Assembly (NCBI GenBank): GCA_965267575.1
Contig: OZ254086.1
Location: 896,001-960,000, forward strand
Source: Calditrichales bacterium
Lineage (GTDB): Bacteria; Calditrichota; Calditrichia; Calditrichales; J004
Length of the DNA: 64,000 bases
Direction of reading: 5' to 3'
Shown here: piece after piece, positions 1 to 10,091 of the stretch
Position numbering within the stretch: the stretch's first letter is position 1
How the letters are laid out: each line of letters begins with the position of its first letter
Notes under the pieces: generated by a model
Seen by the model: only the letters and a program-made list of their open reading frames with translations
The model's database searches: none
Told to the model about the DNA's origin: nothing
Position numbers and translations under genes: made by a program

Positions 1-415
1 GTGTTGCGCCACGATCAATCCAGGCGGCGATGGAGTCGATGGTGGCGTCGCTTAATGCCGAGCGGTTGCGCGGCATTCTGTCACCGCTTATACCCTGTCC
101 GCGCAGTTTGTTTATCAGATAGCTTTCATCGCTGGCCAGGGGTTTTACCCGGAGCAACTGCGGCATCTGACCGCTGGCAACGCCCACGAGGTTATCATAG
201 GCCAAACCTTCGCTGAGGTCAAGACCAAAGGGCGCCTCTCCGCCCAGGTGGCAGCCTGAAACCGCGCAGGAAACGGAAAAAACGCGATCCTGGATTTCAT
301 TGAATTGAGCAGGAATACCCTCACCCTGCGAAGACGCCGGGTTGCTTTCCGAACAGGACATCAAACACAGCGCAGCAAAAACAGTAAGAGTAATAGCATG
401 AAAGGTGAACCTCAT
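1..415 (-). CDS. Lipoprotein c-type cytochrome (CX4CH heme motif), 3' end runs off the window
   Basis: Not in the ORF track. Manual translation from ATG at 415 (RBS AAGGGGG) gives MRFTFHAITLTVFAALCLMSCSESNP...VFSVSCAVSGCHLGG...SYLINKLRGQGISGDRMP...IAAWIDRGAT. It has a lipobox-like LMSC, CAVSGCH and a distal RMP Met, and is open to base 1. Confidence 0.8.
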   Translation of the reverse strand, partial: MRFTFHAITLTVFAALCLMSCSESNPASSQGEGIPAQFNEIQDRVFSVSCAVSGCHLGGEAPFGLDLSEGLAYDNLVGVASGQMPQLLRVKPLASDESYLINKLRGQGISGDRMPRNRSALSDATIDSIAAWIDRGAT

Positions 416-427
416 AGAACCCCCTTT

Positions 428-814
428 TCAGGTGAGATGATAAATGTCTACTTTTTGTCTTATTAAACGATTTACATATAACATTTTTGAGCTTTTGCCC
501 GGGAAGATATGCTTCCAGTCGCCCTTTTCATCACGAATAACCGAGCCCCATATCTTGCGTTTACGGTTTTCCGAAAACACCTCCCAGAAGAGGTAGCCGA
601 AATAGGCCGTCGTTTTATCTATCCAGAAACCGGGAAGGCGTTCACCAATCTCAACTTCGATTTCCTTTAACGGCAAATACTCATAGCCCCGGCGCAGCAG
701 GCAGGCCCTAAAACGATCGCTTTCATCTTTGCCCTGCCAAAGCAACTCGTGGACGTAGCGCTTAACGCCGCGGCCCAGGATGATGTCTTCAAAAACTGCG
801 TCCAATTCATTCAT
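428..814 (-). CDS. Hypothetical protein (128 aa)
   Basis: Plausible ORF co-oriented with, and ending 12 bp before, the cytochrome gene; no recognisable motif. Confidence 0.65.
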   Translation of the reverse strand: MNELDAVFEDIILGRGVKRYVHELLWQGKDESDRFRACLLRRGYEYLPLKEIEVEIGERLPGFWIDKTTAYFGYLFWEVFSENRKRKIWGSVIRDEKGDWKHIFPGKSSKMLYVNRLIRQKVDIYHLT

Positions 815-1064
815 GGCTTAACATAAGCCGGTACCGTGAAAAATGAATAACAAAAGAATCAATTCATTGAACTTTCTGAGTTGGGCCTGTGGTTGGCATT
901 AACAATACAATTAACATACCAGACGCTTTTAAGTGACATTTGTCGTATCGACGGCCCATGCCATGCGCATAAATTGCGCGGCACCTGCAATTCATTCGCA
1001 CCTTAATTCGAATTTTTTGCAAATGTGCTTTATATTTCGGACAACCAAAGCAGTAAAATTCCTG

Positions 1065-2036
1065 ATGTTTAAGAATATTTTTAAAATCGCCCTGGCTGTT
1101 TCACTGACCGGCTCCTGCTTCGAAGACGCCGCCCGCGAGAATCCGCTGGATCCGGCCAACGGCTCTCAATACATGGTGGAAGGAACGGTGTCAACATTTT
1201 TTGAGCCCCGCTCGGCCATTGAGCGCGCCATCATCATGGCAGCGGGCGAAGACAAAACCGCCATCACTTCGGCGGACGGGCGCTATGCCATGGATGTTGA
1301 AAAGCCGGGCACATACCGCATTACCTGCAGCGCGGAAGGTTTTTTTGCCGATACGGTGCATATCACCGTTTCCCAAAGACACACGCTAAACTTCCGGCTG
1401 AATGCCCGACCGTCTTTTGCGGAGACACAACTCACAAGCCACCGCATATCACGCTGGTTTCCAGTGGAAGATGTCTATTTTCTGGAAGCCCGCGTTTTGG
1501 TTGATGATGCCGACGGACCCGGTGACATACGGTTTGTCACGATGGATATACCGCTTACACAAACAAGGGATACGCTCGATCTGCAGCAGCAAAGTGGTCG
1601 CTGGTTCAGCCGCCTATACGATTATGACCTGCCCATTAGCAGCATCCATGACCTTATCGGTAATCCGGTAATCTTTAATGCCCACAACAATGACTCGATG
1701 TTTACCCGTTCAGAAAACATATATTTGACGCGTGTTATCGAAACAGAACCGTTACCGGTAACGCCGAATGCTTTTGAGACAGTACCTGAGGACAGCATTG
1801 TTTTTAGCTGGGAAAGGATATACCTGCCCTACGCCTTTGATCTGCAGATTACGATTTTTTCTGTTGACCTGGGACTGCTCGTAGAAATAGATCGAATCGA
1901 ATCCATCTCACAAACCGCTGACAGCTATGTGTACCGGCACAACCTGCCGGCAGGCGATTATTTCTGGACACTGACCATAGTGGATCGCTTTGGCAATACA
2001 AGCCGCTCCAAAGAAAGTACATTCAGAGTAGAATAG
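1065..2036 (+). CDS. Lipoprotein with carboxypeptidase-regulatory-like and Ig/FN3-like domains
   Basis: Start moved to ATG 1065 (MFKNIFKIALAVSLTGSC lipobox, then ENPLDP). The segment TSADGRY..PGTYRITCSAEGF is typical of CarboxypepD_reg-like domains. Confidence 0.7.
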   Translation: MFKNIFKIALAVSLTGSCFEDAARENPLDPANGSQYMVEGTVSTFFEPRSAIERAIIMAAGEDKTAITSADGRYAMDVEKPGTYRITCSAEGFFADTVHITVSQRHTLNFRLNARPSFAETQLTSHRISRWFPVEDVYFLEARVLVDDADGPGDIRFVTMDIPLTQTRDTLDLQQQSGRWFSRLYDYDLPISSIHDLIGNPVIFNAHNNDSMFTRSENIYLTRVIETEPLPVTPNAFETVPEDSIVFSWERIYLPYAFDLQITIFSVDLGLLVEIDRIESISQTADSYVYRHNLPAGDYFWTLTIVDRFGNTSRSKESTFRVE

Positions 2037-2044
2037 GATACTTT

Positions 2045-3526
2045 ATGCAAAACAACCCCTACGAATCGCTATTGGAAATCTCTGAAACCATCCATTCCGG
2101 AAAGGACCTCAACGATGTGCTGGACCGCATTATCGATACGGCCATGAAGGGTTTGGAAGCGGAGCGCGGCTTTATTTTGCTGAATACGCCGGAGAATCCG
2201 ACCGAATACAAGCCGGTGGCCGCGCGCAACATCACCCGTGAGACGATCACCGAAATAAACGCGCACTCTTCCAGCGTGGTGAAAACAGTGCTGGCGGAGA
2301 AAGAGCCTGTTGTGAGTGTGGACGCACGGACAGATGACCGTTTTACAGGTGCTGAAAGCGTGATGCTGCAACAGATAAAATCAGTTATATGTACACCGCT
2401 TTTGATGGAGGATAAAGTGGTTGGCGCCATTTATATGGACAGCAGGATGTCATCCCACCGCTTTGATAATGAAAGCCTGAAATTTATGCGTGCTTTTGGC
2501 AGGCAGGCTTCCATTGCGCTGCAACACATGGCCGAAAAAGAAGAGTTAAAGCGGGAAAACCTGCGCCTTATGCATGATCGCGATTTGTCCGCGAGATTTC
2601 CCGAGATTATCGGAAAGAGCAACCGCATGAAGCAGGTGCTGGAACTTGTACATACCGTTGCCCGCAGCGACACCACCGTTTTGATCGAAGGTGAAAGCGG
2701 TACGGGAAAGGAACTGGTGGCGCGCAGCATTCACAAAAACTCTCCGCGCTCCGAGCGACCGTTTATCCCGATTTTCTGCGGCAGCCTTTCGGACAGCCTC
2801 CTGGAAAGCGAACTCTTCGGACACAAAAAGGGATCTTTTACGGGTGCCGCCAGCGATAAGGCGGGGCTATTTGAAGAGGCCAACAGCGGCACGGTTTTCC
2901 TGGATGAAATAGCAGATATCAGTCCTGAACTGCAGACAAAGCTGCTGCGGGTGGTACAAAACGGTGAAGTGAAACGCGTTGGGGAAAACCAATTCCGGCA
3001 GGTGGATGTGCGTATTATTTCGGCGACAAACAAGAAGCTTTCCGAGCAGGTGAAAGAGCGCAAATTCCGCGAGGATCTCTATTACCGGTTGAACGTGATT
3101 TCGGTGGAACTGCCGCCTTTGCGCCTGCGTGACGGGGATATTGAACTGCTGTCGCGATACTTTTTTGAACTGTTCCGCAAGAAGAACCGCAAGGACCTGG
3201 AAGGGTTCACATCCGATGCCCTGAAGGCGCTGAAGCAGTACACCTGGCCGGGCAATATCCGTGAATTGGAAAACACGATTGAGCGCGCCGTGGTACTTTG
3301 CAATGAAAAGCAAATTGACACACAACATCTTGGTTTAAACGAGGATCTGGGTCAGCATGTGCCGATCGGGCAAACATTAAAAGAGATAAATAAATACGCC
3401 ATTCTGAAAACAATCGAACTTACCGGCGGAAATCGCACACGCGCCGCGGAAGTGCTGGGCGTATCGCGAAGATGGCTGCAATATCAGTTGAAAGACTGGG
3501 GCATGGTGGATGGAAACGGTGATTGA
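2045..3526 (+). CDS. Sigma54-dependent transcriptional activator (GAF-AAA+-Fis HTH)
   Basis: N-terminal GAF; Walker A GESGTGKE; ESELFGHKKGSFTGA; FLDEI; FREDLYYRLNV; WPGNIREL; C-terminal GGNRTRAAEVLGVSR. Confidence 0.95.
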   Translation: MQNNPYESLLEISETIHSGKDLNDVLDRIIDTAMKGLEAERGFILLNTPENPTEYKPVAARNITRETITEINAHSSSVVKTVLAEKEPVVSVDARTDDRFTGAESVMLQQIKSVICTPLLMEDKVVGAIYMDSRMSSHRFDNESLKFMRAFGRQASIALQHMAEKEELKRENLRLMHDRDLSARFPEIIGKSNRMKQVLELVHTVARSDTTVLIEGESGTGKELVARSIHKNSPRSERPFIPIFCGSLSDSLLESELFGHKKGSFTGAASDKAGLFEEANSGTVFLDEIADISPELQTKLLRVVQNGEVKRVGENQFRQVDVRIISATNKKLSEQVKERKFREDLYYRLNVISVELPPLRLRDGDIELLSRYFFELFRKKNRKDLEGFTSDALKALKQYTWPGNIRELENTIERAVVLCNEKQIDTQHLGLNEDLGQHVPIGQTLKEINKYAILKTIELTGGNRTRAAEVLGVSRRWLQYQLKDWGMVDGNGD

Positions 3527-5039
3527 AGGTTATCAGGTCATAAGCGAACTGCAGCGCGGCCCGCTAAGCACGGTCTACAAGGCGCTGCAAATCCGCCTTG
3601 AGCGCACGGTGATCCTGAAAGTATTAAACCGCCATGTAAGCGAGGACGATGAAATCCGCGAACGTTTCGCGCGAGAAGCCCGCTCCCTGGCGCGTATCAG
3701 GCATAACAACATTGTTACAGTTTACGATTACGGCATTTCCGGAGACCACGCCTTTATTGCCATGGAGTATATTTCCGGTTCTACTCTGGCGCAGTATCTG
3801 AAAAAAAACGGTCCACTGGATGGCGTAAAAACGGAGAGCCTGTTTGATCAGATCGGTTCGGCGCTGCGCTATATTCACAGCCTGGGCATTGTGCACCGCG
3901 ATGTAAAGCCGGACAACATTTTGATTGACGATGAGGGCCATTTCCGGCTGACAGACTTCGGCCTGGCCCATCTTGTTGACGGCAACCACATGACACAGCA
4001 GGGTGCGAGCCTGGGAACACCGGCTTATATGGCACCGGAGCTCATTGAAGGCGCGCCTGCATCCGCAGCGGCCGATATATTCAGCTTTGGCGTTACGCTT
4101 TACGAAGCGCTGACGGGAGTATCGCCTTTTAAGAGCGAGCAAATTGCCGCAACGCTGCAAAATGTTCTTGGCCGGGATATTGACTTCAGCGATCCGCCCG
4201 TTGCAGAAACCTGGCGGGAGCGCCTGCAGCTTATGCTGCAAAAAGATGTGAGCAAACGCGCCGGTTGGGATGACCTGGTTCAGAAAGAGTCATCCGCGGC
4301 TTTACGCCACGCCGAAGACCATTCGAAATCAAGGAAACGGACGCTGTTTTGGATTGTCCCGTTGCTGGTATTCGCGGTGATTGCCGTAATGGCGTTGCTG
4401 CATGAAGCACCGGAAATAACAAATAGCGCGCAATCCGCCGGGGACAGCAGCGCCTTCACAGCAAGAGCGGATACGATCGGCCGCATAAAAAGCAATGTCA
4501 CGGAAACCGGGGCGGATAGTGCAAAAACAGCCGGTACTGTGCAAAAAACTGCAACACCCAATGAAGCAATCGCACAAAAAGACAAGGTGGATGAAAGCGC
4601 CATCCACCCGGATAGCGCCATGGGCCGGCTGCATGTGCGCGCGGTCCCGTGGGCCGAAGTGTACCTGGACAACGGCTATGTGCAGACAACGCCCTTTACG
4701 CTGGAGAGAAAGGCCGGGGATTATACGCTGGAATTCCGTCATCCGTCACGGCAGAATATTACCAGAACAGTGCGCCTGGCCGCCGGCAACAGTGATACGC
4801 TGGACGTGCTTTTGCCCGCCGTTAACGGCTTTCTGAGCGTATTGGCCGTACCCTGGGGCAATGTATTTGTAAACGGCGAACTGGTGGGGGAAACGCCGCT
4901 GCAGGATTTTGCTTTGCCACAGGGCCGCCATGTATTGCGCATAGAGAACCCATCTTACCCGGCGCTGGTCGATACGATCCGCATTGAGGCCGGTAAGGTA
5001 ACCGAAAAGCGTTTTAGCTTTATCTCTTCTGGCATATGA
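3510..5039 (+). CDS. Membrane Hanks-type Ser/Thr protein kinase with C-terminal PEGA domains
   Basis: HRDVKPDN, DFG and GTPAYMAPE; one TM helix; two VxAVPW..V.VNG..VG.TP PEGA-like repeats. Confidence 0.92.
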   Translation: METVIEGYQVISELQRGPLSTVYKALQIRLERTVILKVLNRHVSEDDEIRERFAREARSLARIRHNNIVTVYDYGISGDHAFIAMEYISGSTLAQYLKKNGPLDGVKTESLFDQIGSALRYIHSLGIVHRDVKPDNILIDDEGHFRLTDFGLAHLVDGNHMTQQGASLGTPAYMAPELIEGAPASAAADIFSFGVTLYEALTGVSPFKSEQIAATLQNVLGRDIDFSDPPVAETWRERLQLMLQKDVSKRAGWDDLVQKESSAALRHAEDHSKSRKRTLFWIVPLLVFAVIAVMALLHEAPEITNSAQSAGDSSAFTARADTIGRIKSNVTETGADSAKTAGTVQKTATPNEAIAQKDKVDESAIHPDSAMGRLHVRAVPWAEVYLDNGYVQTTPFTLERKAGDYTLEFRHPSRQNITRTVRLAAGNSDTLDVLLPAVNGFLSVLAVPWGNVFVNGELVGETPLQDFALPQGRHVLRIENPSYPALVDTIRIEAGKVTEKRFSFISSGI

Positions 5040-5078
5040 TTTGTATAAACAGGCACTGGAAATAACCAGGCAGGAACT

Positions 5079-6311
5079 ATGAAAAGCATTTTTTATTACA
5101 TCATCTTCGCTGCTATAATACCGCTTCTCGCGGGTGAGTGGGTCAACGGGCCGCAAATGGAGATTCCGCGTGCCGGCGCCAGCTCCGTGGTGTTGAATGG
5201 TGAGATTTACGTTTTAGGTGGCAAGACAAACGGCAACCATGTTCTTAACAGCGTTGAAGTATACAATCCGCAAACAAAAACCTGGGATACAACGCGCGTG
5301 GCGCCTTTCGAGACACCCCGTTACAATGCCGCCGCCGTGGTCCAATATGGCAAAATTTTTCTGATTGGCGGGCGCGACAATAATTCTGTTCTCAAAAGTG
5401 TTGAGCTTTATGATCCGGTAGAAAACAAATGGGAAGAGGTTGAGGACCTGGATGAAGAGCGCGAAGGTCACAGCGCCCACGTGTTACGCGACAAGATTTT
5501 TGTTCTGGGTGGCCAGGAAGAGATATATGACCTGGTTAGTAACATCGAGTGGTATAACTGGGAAGATGATAAATGGGAAGAGTCTGCCTTCCAGATGGAT
5601 TCGCCGCGCAGCGCTTTCTTTTCTGCGGCCTGGTGGGACACGGTTTATATTTTTGGCGGATTTCAATACGGACGCATCAACAGCTGTTACAAATCCGCGC
5701 CGGATTCCGGCGACCACACCTGGGAGGCCTGCGGATTGCTGAGCGAACCAAGGGGTTATGGAGCCACTGCGGTGTTCGACAGCCTCGTCTATCTTTTTGG
5801 TGGCGAAACAGCCGATGGAAAGACCACAAAAGTTGAGGTGTATAATTTTTTCAGCGGCGAGATTTACGAGGGCGTCGATATGCCCATGCCGCACAGCGGG
5901 ATGACCGCTGCTGTTCTCGAAGACGAGATATTTGTGCTCGGCGGTTTTGAGGGACCGGAAAACCGCATTGTACGGCACAATCATGTTTATCGCCCGCTGG
6001 CTACGGCGTTGCCGGGCGGGGAAAAGCCGGCAAGCTTTCCGCAAGGTTTCAGCATGCATCCGGCTTATCCCAACCCCTTTAACGGACAGGTAAACATACG
6101 GATTGACGTATCGGGCAGCGCGCATTTTTCTGTTGATGTATATGATTACAGCGGACGCAAAGCGGCAACTCTGCATGATGGCACGCTTGGTACGGGCAGC
6201 CATACCCTGCGCTGGCAGACGTCGGATTTGAACGTGGCCACGGGCGTCTATTTTGTAACGATTCAAAACGGAAAAACGCAACAAACACAAAAACTTCTTT
6301 ATGTTAAATAA
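5079..6311 (+). CDS. Kelch-repeat beta-propeller protein with T9SS-type C-terminal sorting domain
   Basis: Signal peptide; about six Kelch repeats (IYVLGG..SVEVYNP..W); YPNPFN...GVYFV...TQKLLYVK. Confidence 0.88.
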   Translation: MKSIFYYIIFAAIIPLLAGEWVNGPQMEIPRAGASSVVLNGEIYVLGGKTNGNHVLNSVEVYNPQTKTWDTTRVAPFETPRYNAAAVVQYGKIFLIGGRDNNSVLKSVELYDPVENKWEEVEDLDEEREGHSAHVLRDKIFVLGGQEEIYDLVSNIEWYNWEDDKWEESAFQMDSPRSAFFSAAWWDTVYIFGGFQYGRINSCYKSAPDSGDHTWEACGLLSEPRGYGATAVFDSLVYLFGGETADGKTTKVEVYNFFSGEIYEGVDMPMPHSGMTAAVLEDEIFVLGGFEGPENRIVRHNHVYRPLATALPGGEKPASFPQGFSMHPAYPNPFNGQVNIRIDVSGSAHFSVDVYDYSGRKAATLHDGTLGTGSHTLRWQTSDLNVATGVYFVTIQNGKTQQTQKLLYVK

Positions 6312-7083
6312 AATCCTGCTATTGCTGTTGCTGCTTTCCGCGCCCGGCCTGCTGCGTGCACAGGAGCAAAACTATGATCTTTTCCGACTGCAATACCATT
6401 ACGAACGTGTAGAATTCCGCGAAGCCATCGCGGCAGGACGCAAAGCGTTGCAGGAATCGGCATCGCTGGACCGGGAGCAGCTGGTCAGCGCGCATAAGTA
6501 CATGGCTTTTTCCTTTTTCAACCTGTCGCAAAACGATTCGGCGCGTTTCCATTTTTTTTCGTTGCTCTCTTTAAAACCGGATTATGAACCGGGCCAGGCC
6601 GAAGCCTCCCCAAAACTGCGCTCCTTTTTTGACGAGATACGCAAAGCATACAGAAGCAATAATCCGACGTCGGCAGCTGAGTCCTCGCTGACGCGCTATG
6701 TGTTTGTTCAGGACAAACGGCCTGCCGCCGCCTGGCGCTCGATGGTTTTGCCCGGGTGGGGACAGTACTACAAGGAGCAGGAGCAGCGTGCTTACTATGT
6801 AGGCGGGGGATTTGCAACGCTTGGGCTCGCCACGCTGGGCAGCTATATCCTGGAGCGTTCCTATCGCAGCGATTATCTGGATTCCAACGAGCCGGCGCGC
6901 ATTCAGGAGCTTTACGATCGCTATAATACCACGCAGAAATGGCGCAAAGGCCTTACGCTGGCAACAGCCGCTTTCTGGCTATGGAACGTGGGCGATGCGC
7001 TTTGGCGTGACTACCCTGCGCTGAAAATGCAGGCGCGGCATAGCGGCTCGTCCGTCCTGCTTTCGCTTCAGGTTGCGCTGTAG
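6301..7083 (+). CDS. Exported TPR-like protein with DUF5683-like C-terminal domain
   Basis: Signal peptide, helical repeat region and the AWRSMVLPGWGQYY motif. Confidence 0.65.
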   Translation: MLNKILLLLLLLSAPGLLRAQEQNYDLFRLQYHYERVEFREAIAAGRKALQESASLDREQLVSAHKYMAFSFFNLSQNDSARFHFFSLLSLKPDYEPGQAEASPKLRSFFDEIRKAYRSNNPTSAAESSLTRYVFVQDKRPAAAWRSMVLPGWGQYYKEQEQRAYYVGGGFATLGLATLGSYILERSYRSDYLDSNEPARIQELYDRYNTTQKWRKGLTLATAAFWLWNVGDALWRDYPALKMQARHSGSSVLLSLQVAL

Positions 7084-7116
7084 ATGTTGTTTGAAGTTTT
7101 AAAGATAAATGAGAAT

Positions 7117-7148
7117 AAAAAAAAAGCCCCGTTATGCGCGGGGCTTTT
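7117..7148. terminator. Bidirectional intrinsic terminator
   Basis: AAAAGCCCCG-ttatgcg-CGGGGCTTTT with A/T tracts on both sides, between convergent genes. Confidence 0.85.
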
Positions 7149-7158
7149 AATTTTCAGA

Positions 7159-10044
7159 TCATTTTATTAATAGCATTTTGCGGGTTTGCACAAAGCCGTC
7201 CGCTTGCAGGCGGTAGTAATATACGCCACTAGCCAATGACGAGGCGTCAAAGGCCACATCATATTCTCCGGCTTGTAGATTGCCGTTTACGAGTGTTTTG
7301 ATTTCACGGCCGAGCGCGTCATAAACCGCCAGGTTTACTTTGCCGCTTTTGGCCAGGCTATAGCGAATGGTGGTTTGCGGGTTGAACGGATTGGGATAAT
7401 TCTGCTCCAACCGGAACTGCTTCGGCACTTCCGTGAAAATATCATCTTCCAGCGATGTCAATATGCCCGGTTCAGGAGTCTCCAGCTTTTTATCGGTGAA
7501 GATGTAAAACTGCCCCGGCTTTAGTGTATATACCGTGTCCGTCGCGGAAATTAAAACGCTGTCTCCCGAAAAGTAATCATACCACATACCGCCGTGCTTA
7601 AATTGCGGACTGATATTGCGGTTCACAACGTCGAAGTTGCCAATGATCGACGCGCTCATGTCGTCATTGCTCAGCTTTATGCGCTTAACTGCACCGCTGA
7701 CGCTCATGTTTTCCAGCGCATCAGGGTCGCGGAAAAGCGTTGTTTCCCGGCGCATCTTAAGCAGGGCGGCAAAAGCTTTATAAACCTTACGGCGGTTTTC
7801 ATCCTGGAAATAATCCCAGCGGACCGGCTTTGGCGTTAAGCGGTCGTCATCGGTTCCCGAAGGATAATTAATCGAATAGTCATAACCCAGCTCACCAAAC
7901 TGCCAGATCATCTTGGGGCCCGGGAGGGTGAAAAAGAAGGCGGCAGCCGTTTTAATGCGCTCCAGACCGGTGGCCAGATCCTTTACATTATAATCACCGC
8001 TGCTGTTACCGTAAGTTTTATTTTTAAACATCAAGCGCTCTTCGTCATGGCTCTCCATATACGTGACGAGATTAGGCTCGCTCCAGAAGCGATTTTCATA
8101 ATAACCCCATGAAATATCGGATTTGCCGCTTTCATGGTAGCCCATGGTCGCCTCATTGTAGGGGTCGGTCATTTTGCCCCACAGCATCATACCGGCATTG
8201 GAAAGTTCACGCTCTTCGTTATTTTCGCCGAGGTGTTCCAGGATCACATAAAAAGTGGAATCGATCTCCCAGATTTTATTGGCCATACGCTTAAGCAAGC
8301 TGATCCGGCCGCTGTTGTAACCAAAAAAATCACCGCTCTGCATAAAGCCCTTTGAAAGGTCAAAACGGTAACCGTCAATTTTGTATTCTTCAATCCAGTA
8401 GGCGTTAACGCGGTCTACAAATTCTTTGGTCAGAATGCTTTCATGGTTGAAGTCGTAACCAACATTAAAAGGATGTTTTGCTTCTGTGTTCAGCCAGGGA
8501 TTGTCCGCGCTGGGCGGGCCGTACGTGCCGTTAGCGTAAAGGCGCACCAGAGGCGATTGTCCAAATGCGTGGTTCAGCACTATATCCAGAATCACCGCAA
8601 TGCCGCGTTCATGGCAGGCATCGACAAATTGCTTGAATTTTTCCGGCGTGCCGTAATATTTGTCCAGCGCCATGTGAAACGATGGATTGTAGCCCCAGCT
8701 CTGGTTGCCTTCAAATTCATTTACCGGCATCAGCTCAATAGCGTTGATCCCCAGGTTTTGCAGGTAATCCAGGGTATCTATCAGCGCCTGGTAATTGCGG
8801 GCTGCCACAAAATCACGCAAGAGTAATTCGTAAACGATCAATTCCTCCTGGGGCGGGCGCTGAAAATCGCTGATCTGCCAACTATAAGACGGCTTCGCGG
8901 TTTGCAATACGGAAGCAGCCTGCTCACTCTTGCCTTCCGGATAGGGCTTCAAATTGGGATAGGTTACCGCGGGAATGTCGTCGTCGTTCCAGGGATCGAG
9001 TATTTTTTCAGAATAAGGATCGGCCACGCGTATTTCGCCATCAACAAGATATTGAAAGGCATACTCTTCACCGGCTGTCAGTCCGCTTAATTCCAGCCAC
9101 CAATGCACGTGCAGCGCGTCTACCGAATCGCGCTTCATGGCATAATTTTCATCAACAAACCAGTCATTGAAGTCGCCAATCACATAAACGAACTCTTTCG
9201 CCGGCGCCAGCAGTGACAAAACCACCGTGTTATCATCGATGTAGTTAATACCATCCCGAACGTTTTGCTGGCGCGCCTCATTAACAACAGCAGGATTAAC
9301 CATTATGCTCAGCGATGTGGTGTCGCTTATCCCGGCCGTATCCGTAGCCACTACCTCCAGAATGGTAAGGCCGCCATCCTCCGTGCTATAGCTGTAATCC
9401 AGGGTGTCATTCTCAACCTGGGTCAAAATGGCTTCGTTCAATAGCAGCTGCATGGAGGCAACCTGCGTTCCGATGGCAACACCTATAGTGCGGATCTCCA
9501 CCGCTTCGCCTTCGTCGGCAAAAACCGGGGAGCGGCGCGGGTCGCCGAAAGCCGTATTTATTTCAGGTGCAACAATAGTGGCGGTAATACCGGGCTCATA
9601 CAGATCATAAAAGATATCCGCACCATCCGGCTTCATACGGCCGGTTTTACTTGCGTCTGAATTGCGGAACACAAAACTGAGCTGCGTTATTTTTTTGCCG
9701 GCCGGTACATTGTAATAATCGTAAGGATCGCCGACATCCAGCTTCCACAAATCGCCCTCAACGCGGCTTAGCTGAGCCTGCGGTACGTTAACTCCCCACG
9801 GGGCTACCACATAATTCCACGTGCCCTCGCCTTCTATGGTAACGCCGGTATGGGCGTACACATCATTACTACTGTAGCCGGCCAGGCTGGAACCATCATC
9901 CCCGCCTGTTCCGGTTGAAAGTGAAGCGTCAAAATAAATCGTAATGTCATCAAAGCGCGTCGGGAATTGCGGGTCGGAGGTGACAATTTGCGCCTGAGAC
10001 CAAACGACAAGTACGGATAAAACGGTAAGGATTTTTCGCATCAT
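7159..10044 (-). CDS. Secreted GH13 alpha-amylase-family glycoside hydrolase with CBM48-like module and T9SS CTD
   Basis: Signal peptide; VIGDFNDW module; WGYNP; DGYRFDLSKG (nucleophile Asp), ILEH and ESHDEER; QNYPNPFNP...RKMLLIK. Confidence 0.93.
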   Translation of the reverse strand: MMRKILTVLSVLVVWSQAQIVTSDPQFPTRFDDITIYFDASLSTGTGGDDGSSLAGYSSNDVYAHTGVTIEGEGTWNYVVAPWGVNVPQAQLSRVEGDLWKLDVGDPYDYYNVPAGKKITQLSFVFRNSDASKTGRMKPDGADIFYDLYEPGITATIVAPEINTAFGDPRRSPVFADEGEAVEIRTIGVAIGTQVASMQLLLNEAILTQVENDTLDYSYSTEDGGLTILEVVATDTAGISDTTSLSIMVNPAVVNEARQQNVRDGINYIDDNTVVLSLLAPAKEFVYVIGDFNDWFVDENYAMKRDSVDALHVHWWLELSGLTAGEEYAFQYLVDGEIRVADPYSEKILDPWNDDDIPAVTYPNLKPYPEGKSEQAASVLQTAKPSYSWQISDFQRPPQEELIVYELLLRDFVAARNYQALIDTLDYLQNLGINAIELMPVNEFEGNQSWGYNPSFHMALDKYYGTPEKFKQFVDACHERGIAVILDIVLNHAFGQSPLVRLYANGTYGPPSADNPWLNTEAKHPFNVGYDFNHESILTKEFVDRVNAYWIEEYKIDGYRFDLSKGFMQSGDFFGYNSGRISLLKRMANKIWEIDSTFYVILEHLGENNEERELSNAGMMLWGKMTDPYNEATMGYHESGKSDISWGYYENRFWSEPNLVTYMESHDEERLMFKNKTYGNSSGDYNVKDLATGLERIKTAAAFFFTLPGPKMIWQFGELGYDYSINYPSGTDDDRLTPKPVRWDYFQDENRRKVYKAFAALLKMRRETTLFRDPDALENMSVSGAVKRIKLSNDDMSASIIGNFDVVNRNISPQFKHGGMWYDYFSGDSVLISATDTVYTLKPGQFYIFTDKKLETPEPGILTSLEDDIFTEVPKQFRLEQNYPNPFNPQTTIRYSLAKSGKVNLAVYDALGREIKTLVNGNLQAGEYDVAFDASSLASGVYYYRLQADGFVQTRKMLLIK

Positions 10045-10091
10045 AAAATACCTGATATTGTTTAGATTTTGGCGGCCTTAAAACCGCTTAT

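Noticed and set aside
1-216. 71-aa plus-strand ORF
   Set aside because: Shadow of the minus-strand cytochrome c gene.
815-1064. Possible sigma54 -24/-12 promoter next to the activator operon
   Set aside because: The TGGCA/CGGCA hits lack GC at the required spacing on either strand; only a short GCGCA-N5-TGCGC palindrome is present, too weak to call.
6282-6309. TTATGTTAAAT, identical to the XerD arm of dif
   Set aside because: No XerC arm at the correct spacing, and it is explained by overlapping coding sequence (LLYVK / MLNK).
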